Positions 1 through 11,663 of a stretch of 49,709 nucleotides of DNA are shown here, one piece after another (within the stretch, counting starts at the first letter, position 1; each line of letters begins with the position of its first letter). The stretch is from Girardia tigrina (Eukaryota): assembly GCA_001938485.1 (NCBI GenBank), contig MQRK01239110.1:35460-85168 (forward strand), read 5' to 3'. The position numbers were made by a program, and so were the translations under genes. The notes below the pieces were generated by a model, which ran no database searches, was not told the origin of the DNA, and saw nothing but the letters and a program-made list of their open reading frames with translations.

Positions 1-60
1 ATATTATACATTCTATTTTTTGTAAATATATCATTCGTTTAAAAATTCTCATAATCTCTC

Positions 61-106
61 ATTACTGCGAACACACCGGTGGTCGGTGACTTTTGGTAGG
101 GCGGTG
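61..106. mobile_element. Probable terminus of a Tc1/mariner-type element extending left of the window
   Basis: The minus strand reads TA|CACCGCCCTACCAAAAGT, a Tc1-style TIR start, next to a TA run. The partner TIR is not in the window. Confidence 0.3.
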
Positions 107-240
107 TATATATATTTATCTATACATACGACAAACTTATTTGAAACGTATTCATTACTGTAAAAAAGCATTTCACTGTAAATATTTTAGGAAAATAAGA
201 GTCAGTGATGAATGTAGTGACCTACATTGTAGTGGGTTAA

Positions 241-241
<1 letters not shown>

Positions 242-292
<51 letters not shown>
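242..292. repeat. Compound (TA)n(TG)n microsatellite
   Basis: Direct reading. Other (TA)n tracts occur near 11645, 25926, 37020, 37770 and 38152. Confidence 0.95.
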
Positions 293-524
293 ATTATTTA
301 TAAATTATTATTATTAAATTGATTTCAATAGATTTCAAAAAATTTTGTTGGAATATTAAAACGTTTTTTTTGGATTTTAAAACGGTTTTTTTTCTTAGTT
401 CAAGATAAATTATGGCTCAATGGAATAGAAATAAAGAATTTTATGAACCACAACCGCGGAAGCGCGGGTTTAATGTGTTGAAAAGACAAGACAATTACGA
501 TTTTAAGGGAAAGTCAGTTTTTAA

Positions 525-604
525 CACGTTGACGGACAGTTGCGTCTATAGCCGTCAAGTTCAAGTTCACTTGACGCTTATAGACGCAACTGTCCGTCAA
601 CGTG
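525..604. mobile_element. 80-bp palindromic piggyBac-type MITE
   Basis: TTAA at 521-524 and 605-608. The element is a near-perfect fold-back (CACGTTGACGGACAGTTGCGTCTATA..CGTCAAGT and its inverse) with 2 mismatches and an 8-nt loop. Confidence 0.7.
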
Positions 605-899
605 TTAAAATGATTGAGGACCAATATGATCCTTAACAATGGAGTTTATATTTTAGATATATTATAAATATAATATAATTATATTATGATATGTAGAAAG
701 AAATTATAATAATTAATACTTAATCTCAGATCTGACGTAGTAATGGGAAGTGTTTTGTATTATAATAATGATGTCATTATAATTTTATTTTATGAGAGTG
801 ATATTATTATTATTATTATCGTTGAGACGCTAGACAAATAAACAATGTCAAAAGTGATTATCCGACGTGATCAAGCAAATAAAGTACAAATTGACTTAC

Positions 900-947
900 C
901 TCCATTCTTACTTGGATTCTTTAAAAAAGAATCCAAAACTCTATTAT
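900..947 (-). CDS. unc5: UNC5-like 48-nt micro-exon (Ig2-TSP1 linker)
   Basis: ttctttttttcag acceptor and GAG|gtaagt donor; phase 1-1 and open: (D)NRVLDSFLKNPSKNG(G). The ending fits the ..NGG that precedes the WSxW of UNC5 TSP1. Confidence 0.65.
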
Positions 948-1870
948 CTGAAAAAAAGAATTTGTTATTCATTGTTACAATGAAAAACTGTAGTGATTGA
1001 CACTTGAATTTTGATTAAAGTAGAAATTATACTCACATTATAATATACTATTAATAAGGTAATGGAAAGAGGTCGGAAACATTGGCTGTAGAACTATACA
1101 ATTTGGAGTGTCATTAGACAAATAGTATCAATAATTAATTTCTGATATAATCAGAATTTTTCTTCTATTTTTCCCATCCCAAAAAAAATACTTTCTCCAA
1201 TACATAAGATCATCACTCTCAACTAACTAATAAAAATTAATTTTTGGTTAATAAATGAATGAAAATAATGAAGGGAAAGCGATGGAACGACTCAAATGCC
1301 AGACTTGGATGATCTTAGAATGCTTTGCTCTTTCATCAATTATTCATAAAAGAAACATTTGTCTGTTCAATAAAGTAAATAATGAATAAAGAAAAATTCA
1401 AAAAAACATGATTTTATTTTTCAAAGACTGATTTAAAAAAGAATGTTTATGTCTGTTGTTTATTCTAATTTTTATTTTTAATAAATTTTTTCTTGAATGA
1501 ATATTCTTGATGATTTTTATAGTATATATTGGGAGAAATAAAATAATATTATACAAAAAATTCTTATTTAGAAAGATATTTGACACAGTTTCCTCGATCC
1601 ACCCGATCTTTCAAGTTTACTTGGGAAAGGTTTACCCCATTTATTCGGCAGAATCACGCCCGAATTTCTGCTTGTTTACAAGAGTATTGTATATCCATCG
1701 CCTGACGGCATATGAGGCTTTTGTGTAGTTTTGTTGCTTGGCTCTGTTTCCTTTTTTATGATGATGAGATATAATAGAAATTAGAATATAAATTTTTCTA
1801 TATATGTTTAATATATTTAGTAGTTTTATTTCATTAAAAATTGTTTTTATAATTATTGCTATGATATATA

Positions 1871-3181
1871 CCAATTTTTTTCTCAATTTCAACATTTATT
1901 AAAAAATGTAATTTTTTAAAATAAAAAATAAATTTATTAAATCATTATTTATTGATGATTATACGGTACTCTGACAGCACAATTAGTAATATTTTTTACA
2001 TATTACAAAAATAACCAACACCATCATTTGTCTTGATACTTCGAGATTCCAACAATATTAAATCTGCAAATATTCCCTCTTCTCGCATTCTAATTCGTGA
2101 TTTAATTCCATTCTTTATTTTTCCATGAGCGTCTTTAATTAGATTTAACATATGAAAATATGACGAAAGAAATTTAAATTCGAAATCATAAATTGATGTT
2201 ATTCTTTGAATATCTTCGCGCATTTGGATTCTTGCACTGTCAAATATTAAACACGCTCGAGAAATTTGAGCTACATCCCTTAAATAGATACACAATTCAT
2301 TAAAATACTCTGAAAAAATCACTGCATTTACAGTTCAGTCGCTTACTGTTTTTCAAAAACGCATTCCATTAATTACCATGCTCACCAGTAATGTGACCGA
2401 TCTTCCTCTTACTGTTGGAACGCTCACAAATGCACACGTTCCCTTTCTCGATCTAGCTTGAATTCGCTTCAGATGAAGGTTAAATGATGATTCATCAGCA
2501 AAAATAACTCAAGAAAAGTCGTTAAAATAATTATTTATCAGAGAAAATATTCTTTTCGAAGTTGCATTTTCTCTGGTAAATTTACAACATCAAATTCTTT
2601 ATGCGTCATTTTCATTGTAATCTCCACTTTTTGGAAACCCTTGTAGATTGCTGAGAGCGAAATCAAGAAATTTTCGATTTGATATCTCTCCTATAAAACG
2701 TTTTTAATTTCTCTGAGTGTTAAATGAGGATTTTCGGAAATAATGTCTTCTACAAAATTCAATACTTCTTCAGTAAGAACAGTAGATTTACTTCCAACTC
2801 TTTTCTGCTATTAGATTGCTCCGATTTTTTCATAATTTCTTATTATAGTTCTTGCAGGACTATAATTTAATTCCAAAGAAGTCGCTGCTTCTTTTATTGA
2901 CTGGCCTAGATAAAATACATTTCTAACAAGACTTTGCCTTTTCTCATTAGAAATTTTAGCATAACTTGTTTCATTTTGTGTTTTGAGATTTTCGATATTT
3001 TGAGATTCGTTCATTGAAAATGTAATTTTTATACGTTTAAATATTTAAAAAGAGCGAGAAAAAATGCACCATACAAACGAACAACACGTTACAGTCGTCA
3101 AATACAATATCGTTTATTATTTTATTTTCTAAACAAATGTTGAAATTGAAAAACAAAATGTTGAAATTGAGAGAAAAATGG
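1871..3181 (-). mobile_element. Degenerate IS630/Tc1-type (DD34E) transposon in an unc5 intron
   Basis: ~27-bp TIRs (CCAATTTTTTTCTCAATTTCAACATTT vs CCATTTTTCTCTCAATTTCAACATTT) with TA on both sides. Broken ORF from 3014 to ~1996 has an HTH N-terminus, IFADESSFNLH, VPTVRGRSVTL and IFDSARI, with the E position 34 aa later mutated to K. Confidence 0.85.
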
Positions 3182-3900
3182 TATATTATTTATATTTGTA
3201 TATATATTTATTATTAATTGCATTTCAAGACTTTTTTGAATTTATAAATTATAATTTCGAGTTAACAGTAACTTTGAAGAAATTATAACAGTTTGATTTT
3301 AATAAAAGTATATTTTTATGAAAAGATATATATATATATATATAACAAAAGGAATCAATTTTAAAATATATTTTTTAAATGGCAATATATTTTGACGGAT
3401 CAACAGTTATTTTCACTGACTAATTATTAGATTCATCTGTATATAAATGCAAATTGATGATTAAAATAATTAATGGTTACATGAATAACGTTAATCAAAA
3501 TTATCAATACGCAATGGTTGAGACTGTCGTTTGAATATTGATTTTTGGCAACCTTGCCTAATAAACACTGCTTCACTCGACGATTTCCAAACAACTATCA
3601 TAATAGTTACACATAATCTTGAAATAATCAAATTTAATATCACATTGACCTTTCTTCCTATGTTCAAATCAATATTGCTCTTGTCCTCTTTTCGACCACA
3701 TTCGTTATCTCTTCAATGTATGTGACATCGCAACCATTACATTTATATGCATGAAATATTGTGTTGAACACAGTGTAAATGGTGTATTAGATTTATTGCT
3801 GAAAATGTTTTGGATTTTTTAATTTAATTGATTCCTAGTTACTTTTAATATCAAACTTTTAAAATTTTTGAACCCTTCGGATAATTGTAATACAAATTTG

Positions 3901-4233
3901 GGACATTGTCTTTTTCCCTTATTGTCAAAACAGTTTTTTTATTTCCCTACTATAAAATAATCTTTTTTTCATACTTCTCGTTTGTTTTGGTCTGGATTAA
4001 CAAAAAACAGACTGTGGTTTAATTTGCTGATAGGCTCTCCATTCATCACTTCATTTATCTCAAGTTCAACAAATCCATTCAACAAATCCAATTCTAACCT
4101 AACCCTAATCATAGACCCTAACCGTAACCTAAACCTTAACAGTTCTTTTCCCCTAAATTTGTTTTTTTAACCGAATATTTTTTTAAAAATACTGTCTTTT
4201 TTTCCACATATATGGAAATAAAAGACAAAGTCC
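3901..4233. mobile_element. MITE with GG...CC ends and 8-bp TSD (Merlin-like)
   Basis: TIR GGACATTGTCTTTT / GGACTTTGTCTTTT; CAAATTTG at 3893-3900 and 4234-4241; internal degenerate (TAACCC)-like array at 4095-4140. The TSD is palindromic, so it could instead be part of the TIR. Confidence 0.6.
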
Positions 4234-4928
4234 CAAATTTGTTAAGTTCATAAAAGCTTCAATTTTTTACTACATCCCAGATCTGCAAGTTTCTCGAAAG
4301 TACTAAAAGTATTTAAAGACTACATAAAAGTTTAATAACGAAGTTTGTAAAAAATGTAAAATGCGTACTTTTATGATTTTATCTTTACCTATCGGATTTG
4401 GGGATATAGTTATATATTACTCTAAAAATAATACAAGATCATTTGAAAAAAAATCTGTTTCCAAGTTTATTTTCAATTAAAATCCCTTCAAAAGTCAAAT
4501 TTATTGCCATGATTGTCAATATTTACATTTCAAAATCGGAATTTTTTCTTTAATATTTGTTCTTTAATGTCGATTTTGTTTATTCTAATTATTTTTCCTT
4601 TATAGATTCGCTAACCCGTTCAATGTCTATCTTTTGTAAACTTTGTTCATTAAACTATTATTAGTATTAGTATTTATCAATTTTCATTGGAAAAACATTG
4701 TTATAAAGTTTCGAAGGTCTTACTTTCGCATTCAGTTTTTGAACATTGTTCCACTTCTTTAATATATTCTTTACAGTTTTCTTTATCATTGCAAGTTGCG
4801 GTTCGACTCTTTTTACAATTGCTATCACAAGTCGACCAGGCCGACCATACAGTCGATGGATAGTTATTTAGCGAATCTAAAATTTAAAAGCTTTTATCAC
4901 ACTTTTAATTTTATTAGCAGTGCATTAC

Positions 4929-5103
4929 CCTGTATCTTTACCACCGCTACAGGAGAGTATCTTATTTCATCAAGGCTCGTTGCAATACAACTATAGTTGC
5001 CGACATCAGATAGAACTGTATTTTCAATGATCAGTTGGTGTTCTTCGATAATTTTAATTCTATTATTGTTGTACAATTTTGTTTTGCCTTTTATCCATTG
5101 AAT
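4929..5103 (-). CDS. unc5: UNC5-like exon 4, remainder of Ig2
   Basis: Follows a 48-nt GT-AG intron (5104-5151). Encodes IQWIKG...QLIIENTVLSDVGNYSCIA...RYSPVAVVKIQ with the Ig W and DxGxYxC motifs; ends CAG G|gtaatg (phase 1). Confidence 0.85.
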
Positions 5104-5151
5104 CTGTATAATGAGAATCTCAAAAAAAAATAACAAACTTCAACTATTTAC

Positions 5152-5255
5152 CTTTGCTTTTGGTTTACTTTCTGGAGGAACACATGTTAAAATTAATGAT
5201 TCGCCTTTCCTTAATGTTTTTGATTGGGGATATTTCTTGAATTTAGCTTTGAAAT
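5152..5255 (-). CDS. unc5: UNC5-like exon 3, start of Ig2
   Basis: ttttttctag acceptor and AAG|gtaaat donor; 104 nt. (Y)FKAKFKKYPQSKTLRKGESLILTCVPPESKPKAK resembles UNC5 YLRKNFEQEP....LEQ...L.CRPPEG.P.AE. Confidence 0.85.
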
Positions 5256-6810
5256 CTAGAAAAAATGGATTAATTAATTATAATATGTTATGTTGACAAA
5301 TTTACACTCTTCATTTGCTTAAAGACCGAAAACTGTGTATAAAGTTTTTCTTGCGTAACAAAATGTTTAACCAATGTTTACACCATGATATTCTTACCCC
5401 TCCATCACCGTCATAATAAAAGTATTAATTCTAGGTATTTTATTAAAATAAAATATTTTGTAATACTTAATTAACGTATTTCATTCTAACTCGATATATT
5501 ACAAATCCCTTATAGAATAATGTATAAAGCTCAAGGTTTATGTATTTTGAATTGGGTCCTACAGTTGTAATTATTACTTCCCCAAATGGTAACTTAAGAA
5601 CTCTTAATCTTAAGTACTCTTAGAGAATTACCGTGTGATAGAAGCACCCAACTAATTATGGGCTCTGCAAATATGACTTTCCATATCCTAAATTGCAAAC
5701 CCTCATATTCTGCTACTACTGAATGGTGTTTCAGTAATGGAAGCTTTTTGGCACTTTATCCTAAAGATGGAATGTCAGCCAATCTCGTTTCCCATGAATA
5801 CTTCTTGGAAGTATGCTCAACTGGCTAACACAGCTATCCCCTTTTGATTTTATGATGTGTTACATTTTTAAAGCTTAGGAAATTCGTTCTTCTAACTGCA
5901 TTTGATGCTGTAACAAATGCTGACGGATACTAAATGGAAAATCTTTCTTATCTTCTGGCATCAGATTTTTTCTAAAAATTTATTTACTGAATCAATTTTT
6001 GTCTTTTCCAAAGAAAGCATAAGACAATGCAAAGGTTAAGGCGTGTTACATTTTTCAGTCCATTAAAAAGTGCTCAAGTTTGTTCAATGTTATTTCTTTT
6101 CATTGTAATTTCAATGAGACCATTTAGTTTTTATTTACTTCTTGATTATTAAAAATGTCTATCTTTAGGGGTAGCTCAACCATTTCAGGCCACTTACTGT
6201 TTAATAATCTTAAACAATATTCAACACAATTTACAATATTTTATTAGATTAAGTTTTGTAATTTAATTAAGTATGATAAATACAGACAAGTTTTATTTTT
6301 ATAAGAAAGAAAAAGTTAATACAAAAAAATTATTTAAAGTGATTAAATAAAATTAAGCCGCTAAGAAATTATTGTCCCTTTTGTCACTAAGTCTTTTAAT
6401 TCATAACTACTAAATCAAAAAAAAATTTATATCCATTCTTTATGCTGACAGAACTCTATTTTGTCAAGAGAATTTTTTGTTATTTGTTGTAGAAGGGAAA
6501 ATCACTATTACATTTATTAATATTATTAATATTTATTAATATTTGATTATCTTTATTTTTTGCGTAATATAAAATACTTGTAATTTATAAGTACATATTT
6601 TTCATTTAATATTGTTCAGGAACTCCAATGGGACCGTTTTTTCCCAATTCTGAGACCACAAAAAGTTTGTTTTGATCAATTTTTCACATAATCATTTATT
6701 CTCATCGAAAAGGATTGTGTGTGTGCAATGAGTAAAAAAAATGGAAAAAATTTGAAGATATTCACAATAATGGTTGATAAAATGTAGTTTGTTCGTAGAA
6801 AACATCTATA

Positions 6811-8159
6811 TTGGGTTGAGGAATAAGTTCCCGCCGTTTTTTGAAAAATTAAAATTTTATTTTTTAACAAAAAAGTTACTACAAATTAATCACAAATATA
6901 ATCTCCGCCATTGTTCACGACTTCTTCCCAACGTTAAACGAGTTTTTCAATGCCTCTTTGGTATAAATCGCCCGGTCTTGGCTCGAAGAATTCAGCCAAC
7001 CAAACTTGCAGTTCTCCATCATTGTTGAACGAAGCACCACGCAAAACGTTAGAAAGCGAACGGAAAAGATGAAAATCAGATGGAGCCAAGTCAGGTGAAT
7101 ACGGAGGGTGTGGTAATACTTCCCAACCAAGCGTTTGAATGGCTTCTTTTGTCATTCTGGCAATATGAGGACGTGCATTGTCGTGTTGCAAAATAACGCC
7201 ATGTTGTCGATCCGGATGTTTTTGTCTTATAGCGGCGTTGAGTCTATGCAGCTGTTAAACATAAAGTTCTGCATTCACTGTTTGGTTTCGAGGAAGCAAT
7301 TCATAATGAATAATCTCTTCCCAACCCCACCAAACGCATAGCATTGTCTTTCGTGGATGAAGATCCTGTTTTGCTCGCGGTGTCGATTGTTCTTCTCCGC
7401 TACGCCATTCTTTGTGCTGTTTCATGTTGACGTACAGACACCATTTTTCATCACCCGTTACAATTCGATAAAGAAATTGTTGCTTATGACCGTGAGCTTT
7501 GTGCTGTATACGGAGAAGGTGCTATAGCTGATAGAACCGCTCGTGATTGGTTCGCAAAATTTAAAATGAGGGGCAAGCAAACTCGCCGAAATTGTGGATC
7601 GCTGGTTTTTTTTCGGTCAAAAGAATTGGGACCCAAGCTCCCATTTTTTGAACTTTTCCCATTGATTTCAGGTGGTTCACGACAGTTTTTTTATCACAAT
7701 CCATTTGTTCCGCCAATTCTTTAGTGGTTTGACGCGCGTCTTCATGCAAAAATTTGTTCAAACGCTCTTCATCGAATTCATTTGGTCGTCCTGAACGAGG
7801 TACATCCTTGAGGTCAAAATTGCCAATTTTAAATTTTGCGAACCAATCACGAGCGGTTCTATCAGCTATAGCACCTTCTCCGTATACAGCACAAAGCTCT
7901 CGGACAGCGTCTGCGGCTTTGTCGCCTCGATTATACGCAAACAATAGATGGTGTCGGAAATGCTCATTTTTGTCAACTTGACACTCCATTTCAATGGTCT
8001 AAAAATTGACAAAATTAATCTGAATAAAAAAACAAAATACACCATTTTTAGAGCAAAACAATAGCTTTCAAATAACATTACATTACATCAAAAAATTTGA
8101 TTTAAATATTAAATTGATTAAAAATTCAAAAAACGGTGGCAACTTATTCCTCAACCTAA
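6811..8159 (-). mobile_element. Full-length mariner (DD34D) with inactivated transposase
   Basis: 35-bp TIRs (TTGGGTTGAGGAATAAGTTCCCGCCGTTTTTTGAA, few mismatches) and TA TSDs. ORF 7989 to 6886 has WVP, IVTGDEKW, HDNARPH and YSPDLAPSD motifs, interrupted by frameshifts, a stop and a 74-bp inverted insertion. Confidence 0.95.
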
Positions 8160-8676
8160 TATATAAAATAATTTGTTTGTTATAAAAAAAATTGTGAAAA
8201 TTAACAAAAAATTAAGTTTTCAGCCAAACTGTCGTATCGCACTGAATGATGTACAATATTTTTTGCCACATTTTTTACTAATTAACTGGTTGATAACAGT
8301 AAATATATTTACAATAATTGGCCTTACTCAAGCTTGTTTTCATGCGGTTCTTTTTTATACGATTTTATATTTGTACAATTATTTTATATTGCTAATCAAA
8401 AATAGTTTTTGAAACAAAAAAACGGAATAAAAAACAATAAAGTATATTTGTATATTATAATAAAAATGTGTAAAAAAATTGAATTTTTTGAAGATTTATA
8501 ATTTAAAAGAAAAAGAATTAATTTTAAAGTAAATAAGTAATTTGAAAAGTCATTTTTGATTAATGTAATAATGAAAAAGAAACATTATTTTTTAAAATAA
8601 CTAAAAAATATTATTTCTATTTTTTGTTAAATATTCAAAATATTTCTTGTTAAAAAAGCAATAGATAGAATAAAGT

Positions 8677-9435
8677 ATGGATGTTCGTGTCATGAACAAA
8701 TCATTGGTTTGATCCTTCACAATAACTTACTTGATTTTTACCAAAGTTGACTTTAAGGAGAAGCAGCACGAACAAAAAAAACAAAGTAAGGAAATGACGG
8801 ACGAGTCGTCAGAGGACATTTGACGTAAAAATGCACATTTAACAAAACAACTACGTTTTGAAGTACAGCGAGTCCTCGCACTCGACGAGAAGATGATCAC
8901 GAAAGACATAGTTAAACCCGTTCACGAGTTAATTCCTCAACCTCTGTATGTTTCGCATATATTAATAATGAAAGTGTCATTAAGAAAATAAATAATGACC
9001 AAATGGATTTTGTGTACTGAGCTTGCAATGCTCTTTATTTCGCAGATGAACGAACTAGAAATAATATGTATTTTACAACACGTTGTCAAAAGAGAATGAT
9101 TCAATATTATCAACTCTGATAGCGAAATCATCAATGGAAGCTTTGTATCTCTACTGAAAACAGAAAAGAACAAACATGATAACTTTTCCTTCAAATTCAA
9201 GCTTGAGCTATGTTTAATTCTTGCTTGCCATACTACCAATAATTCGGAACATGCTATGTCTGATCAGGATCAGAACAAATCATTCAATTGCCATTGTAAA
9301 CAGCCGGATTGTATATTGCTATAGCTTGAATTCTCGACAACGATAATTACATTAATCTGAGTCAGAAACTTTAATTTTCCTGAAGTGCAGACATGCAAAT
9401 ACATTTTTAACAGGTACTTTGAGCTTTTAAAATGA
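8677..9435 (+). mobile_element. Degenerate Helitron Rep/helicase N-terminal fragment
   Basis: From 9000 the frame reads QMDFVY*ACNALYFADERTRNNMYFTTRCQKRMIQ, matching the Helitron zinc-finger-like motif M...C..C.A..F..E....F..CC..G.I. An R/E/D-rich segment lies upstream. Boundaries are approximate. Confidence 0.5.
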
Positions 9436-11002
9436 CGAAATCTTACATATAAAATTTTCCCAAATATACTTATATTTGCATTTATAATAGCTGTAAAATA
9501 TATGCTTTTCCGGAAAAAATATCAACTCAAATTACAAATTTCCTTATCTTTATATTCTTGACCTAATGACACATCTAGAGCTTAAAAGAATAAAAGGAAG
9601 TTAAGAAACTTTTATTAGAGTAATGTGGCAATTCAGCAACTAATACATGTCAAGGATAGACGTTTTACAACGTTAAAAATTCAGTTAGGTAGATCATTAT
9701 TTGGTCATAGAAAGTTGAATGTTACGTTGTCAATGACATAGTCATTGCAATCTCTTAATATTCATTTTTCTGTAAATATTTTACTAACAAAAAATATCGT
9801 TTATAAAGTTCTTGGTTGAAATTATTCTTCAGTAAGTTGTATGAAGATCAAGCACAATTCTTAATGGCCGAAAATATTAGTCGTCCTTAAAAAATTGGTG
9901 TTTTGGTTTTATCATTCAAAAACTCAAAATATGTAAACTTCCAGTTGCAACTATTTTCATTATTACTGTTAACAGTATCGACACAATTACTATGCAAATA
10001 TTTATTACTATCACATTTAGACTCACCACAACTCTCGGAAGTTCTTTCACTATTTGTCGTCATTTTAGTTAGTGTTATTTCTGATTTTTTTAATAATGAT
10101 TATTCGAATAAATTTCCTAACATTTTTTATTATTTTAACTTTAAAATATTTCATAAAATTATAAACAATAAATAACTAATTTTAAAATTATTCAAATCTC
10201 TAAAATGTCTTTAATTAAAATATTGAACATGTTTATTTTAATTGTTGAAAAATATTACTTATATTAGAAATTGTGTTTTTATTTTATTGTTACTTTTTAA
10301 ATTTAAATTTTACCGGATTATTAAATTTTCCTCAATTTTAAAAATGTAAATAGTTTTCGAATGATCAATAATCGCAAATACAATAAAGCACCAAATTTCC
10401 GACTGGGTTGGAGAATCACAAATCCAATTTCAGTACACTCAAATGAGCACATCGCATCCATACACTATGTAATATTTTTCACAATTAAGAAGACCTTAAA
10501 AGATTATATGATTATATTTATACATAAAAATAATTATAATAAAATATATTGTAATTATATTTTCCGATGTAACTGAATAATAACAAACAAAACAAATGCT
10601 TTTTTGTCTAATTGAAACAAAAGTAGAACCTTGCGGAACGTCTTTCGCGTTCATAAAATAAATTGCTTATGGGGACGGAAAGAAATACATTTTAATACTC
10701 TTTATATTACAAATACTCTTTAGGCGGTCACCTGAATATTTTTAGATCCGAATTTCACTAAATATGTTTAAAAAGAAAACATTTCTGTAGATTAGATTTC
10801 ATTTTCTTCTTCTACTTACGTTTTAATTGTATTTTCAATTAAAGATTTATTCACTGTCTTATTCTTTTTAATTTAGATTTTTAATAATATTTTAGTAGGT
10901 TTTCTTACTTTAATTAGAGTTTTTCATTTACATAATTAATCACGTAACTTTTTTGAAAAAGTTAATTAGTTTTATTATTTATTTACAAAAAACGATTCTA
11001 AC

Positions 11003-11413
11003 ATGCTTCTTTGAAAATCCCAGGACGACTGTGAACCTTTTTAGCTAATCTCAAGGCGGGCACTTGGTTCCACGCTTCGCAGACACATGAAAATGTATTG
11101 AACCATTCCACTACTTGTTGATGTGTGATTTCCAAACTGAATTTCCATCTTGTACCTCCAGATTGATCTATTTGGTCAAATTTGTTCATTTTTGTTACTC
11201 GGAGAGTGCTTTCTGAAATTTCTCTGTCCATATAAGAGTAGACCTCTTTGTTACATATGATATTAACATGTGAAACTGGTTCAGCAATACACTCAATTTT
11301 TGCTGGTTTATTTTCGTATACATAATATATACTCTCTGGTTCTTTTATAAATTTTGGGATGCCTTCCAGTTTTGTTTCATTTGGTTTCACAAAATCGATA
11401 TCATCTTCATTTT
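11003..11413 (-). CDS. unc5: UNC5-like exon 2, first Ig-like domain
   Basis: tttttcttttag acceptor and T|gttag donor; 411 nt, phase 1-1. Encodes PKFIKEPESIYYVYENKPAKIECIAEPVSHVNIICNKE...SLEITHQQVVEWF...CVCEAWN...SRPGIFKEA, matching the UNC5 Ig1 pattern (P.F..EP...Y..KNKP..L.C.A.P..I...CN.E...I.V.RQQVE..F..Y.C.C.AW...KS....AY). Confidence 0.85.
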
Positions 11414-11663
11414 CTAAAAGAAAAACATTTATTAATATTGAGTTATAAACGTTCAAAAAATATTTATAAAGGAATTATAAAATTATCTTCGTGTAAATTT
11501 AAAGTATTTTCTTAATTTTTTTTGTTTTAAAACTATTACGATAGATGTAAATCATTCTAAATTAAATCTTTTAGAACCCTCTCAAATTGAAGTCTGTCGT
11601 TCAAATGTAATCTTTTAGAATTTTAATTTTATATATATACACACATATATATATATATATATA

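Noticed and set aside
5550-6200. Coding-like degenerate stretch (also 13850-14350, 14600-15900, 31400-32100, 37250-37750)
   Set aside because: Probably old transposon relics, but I could not recover diagnostic motifs or ends.
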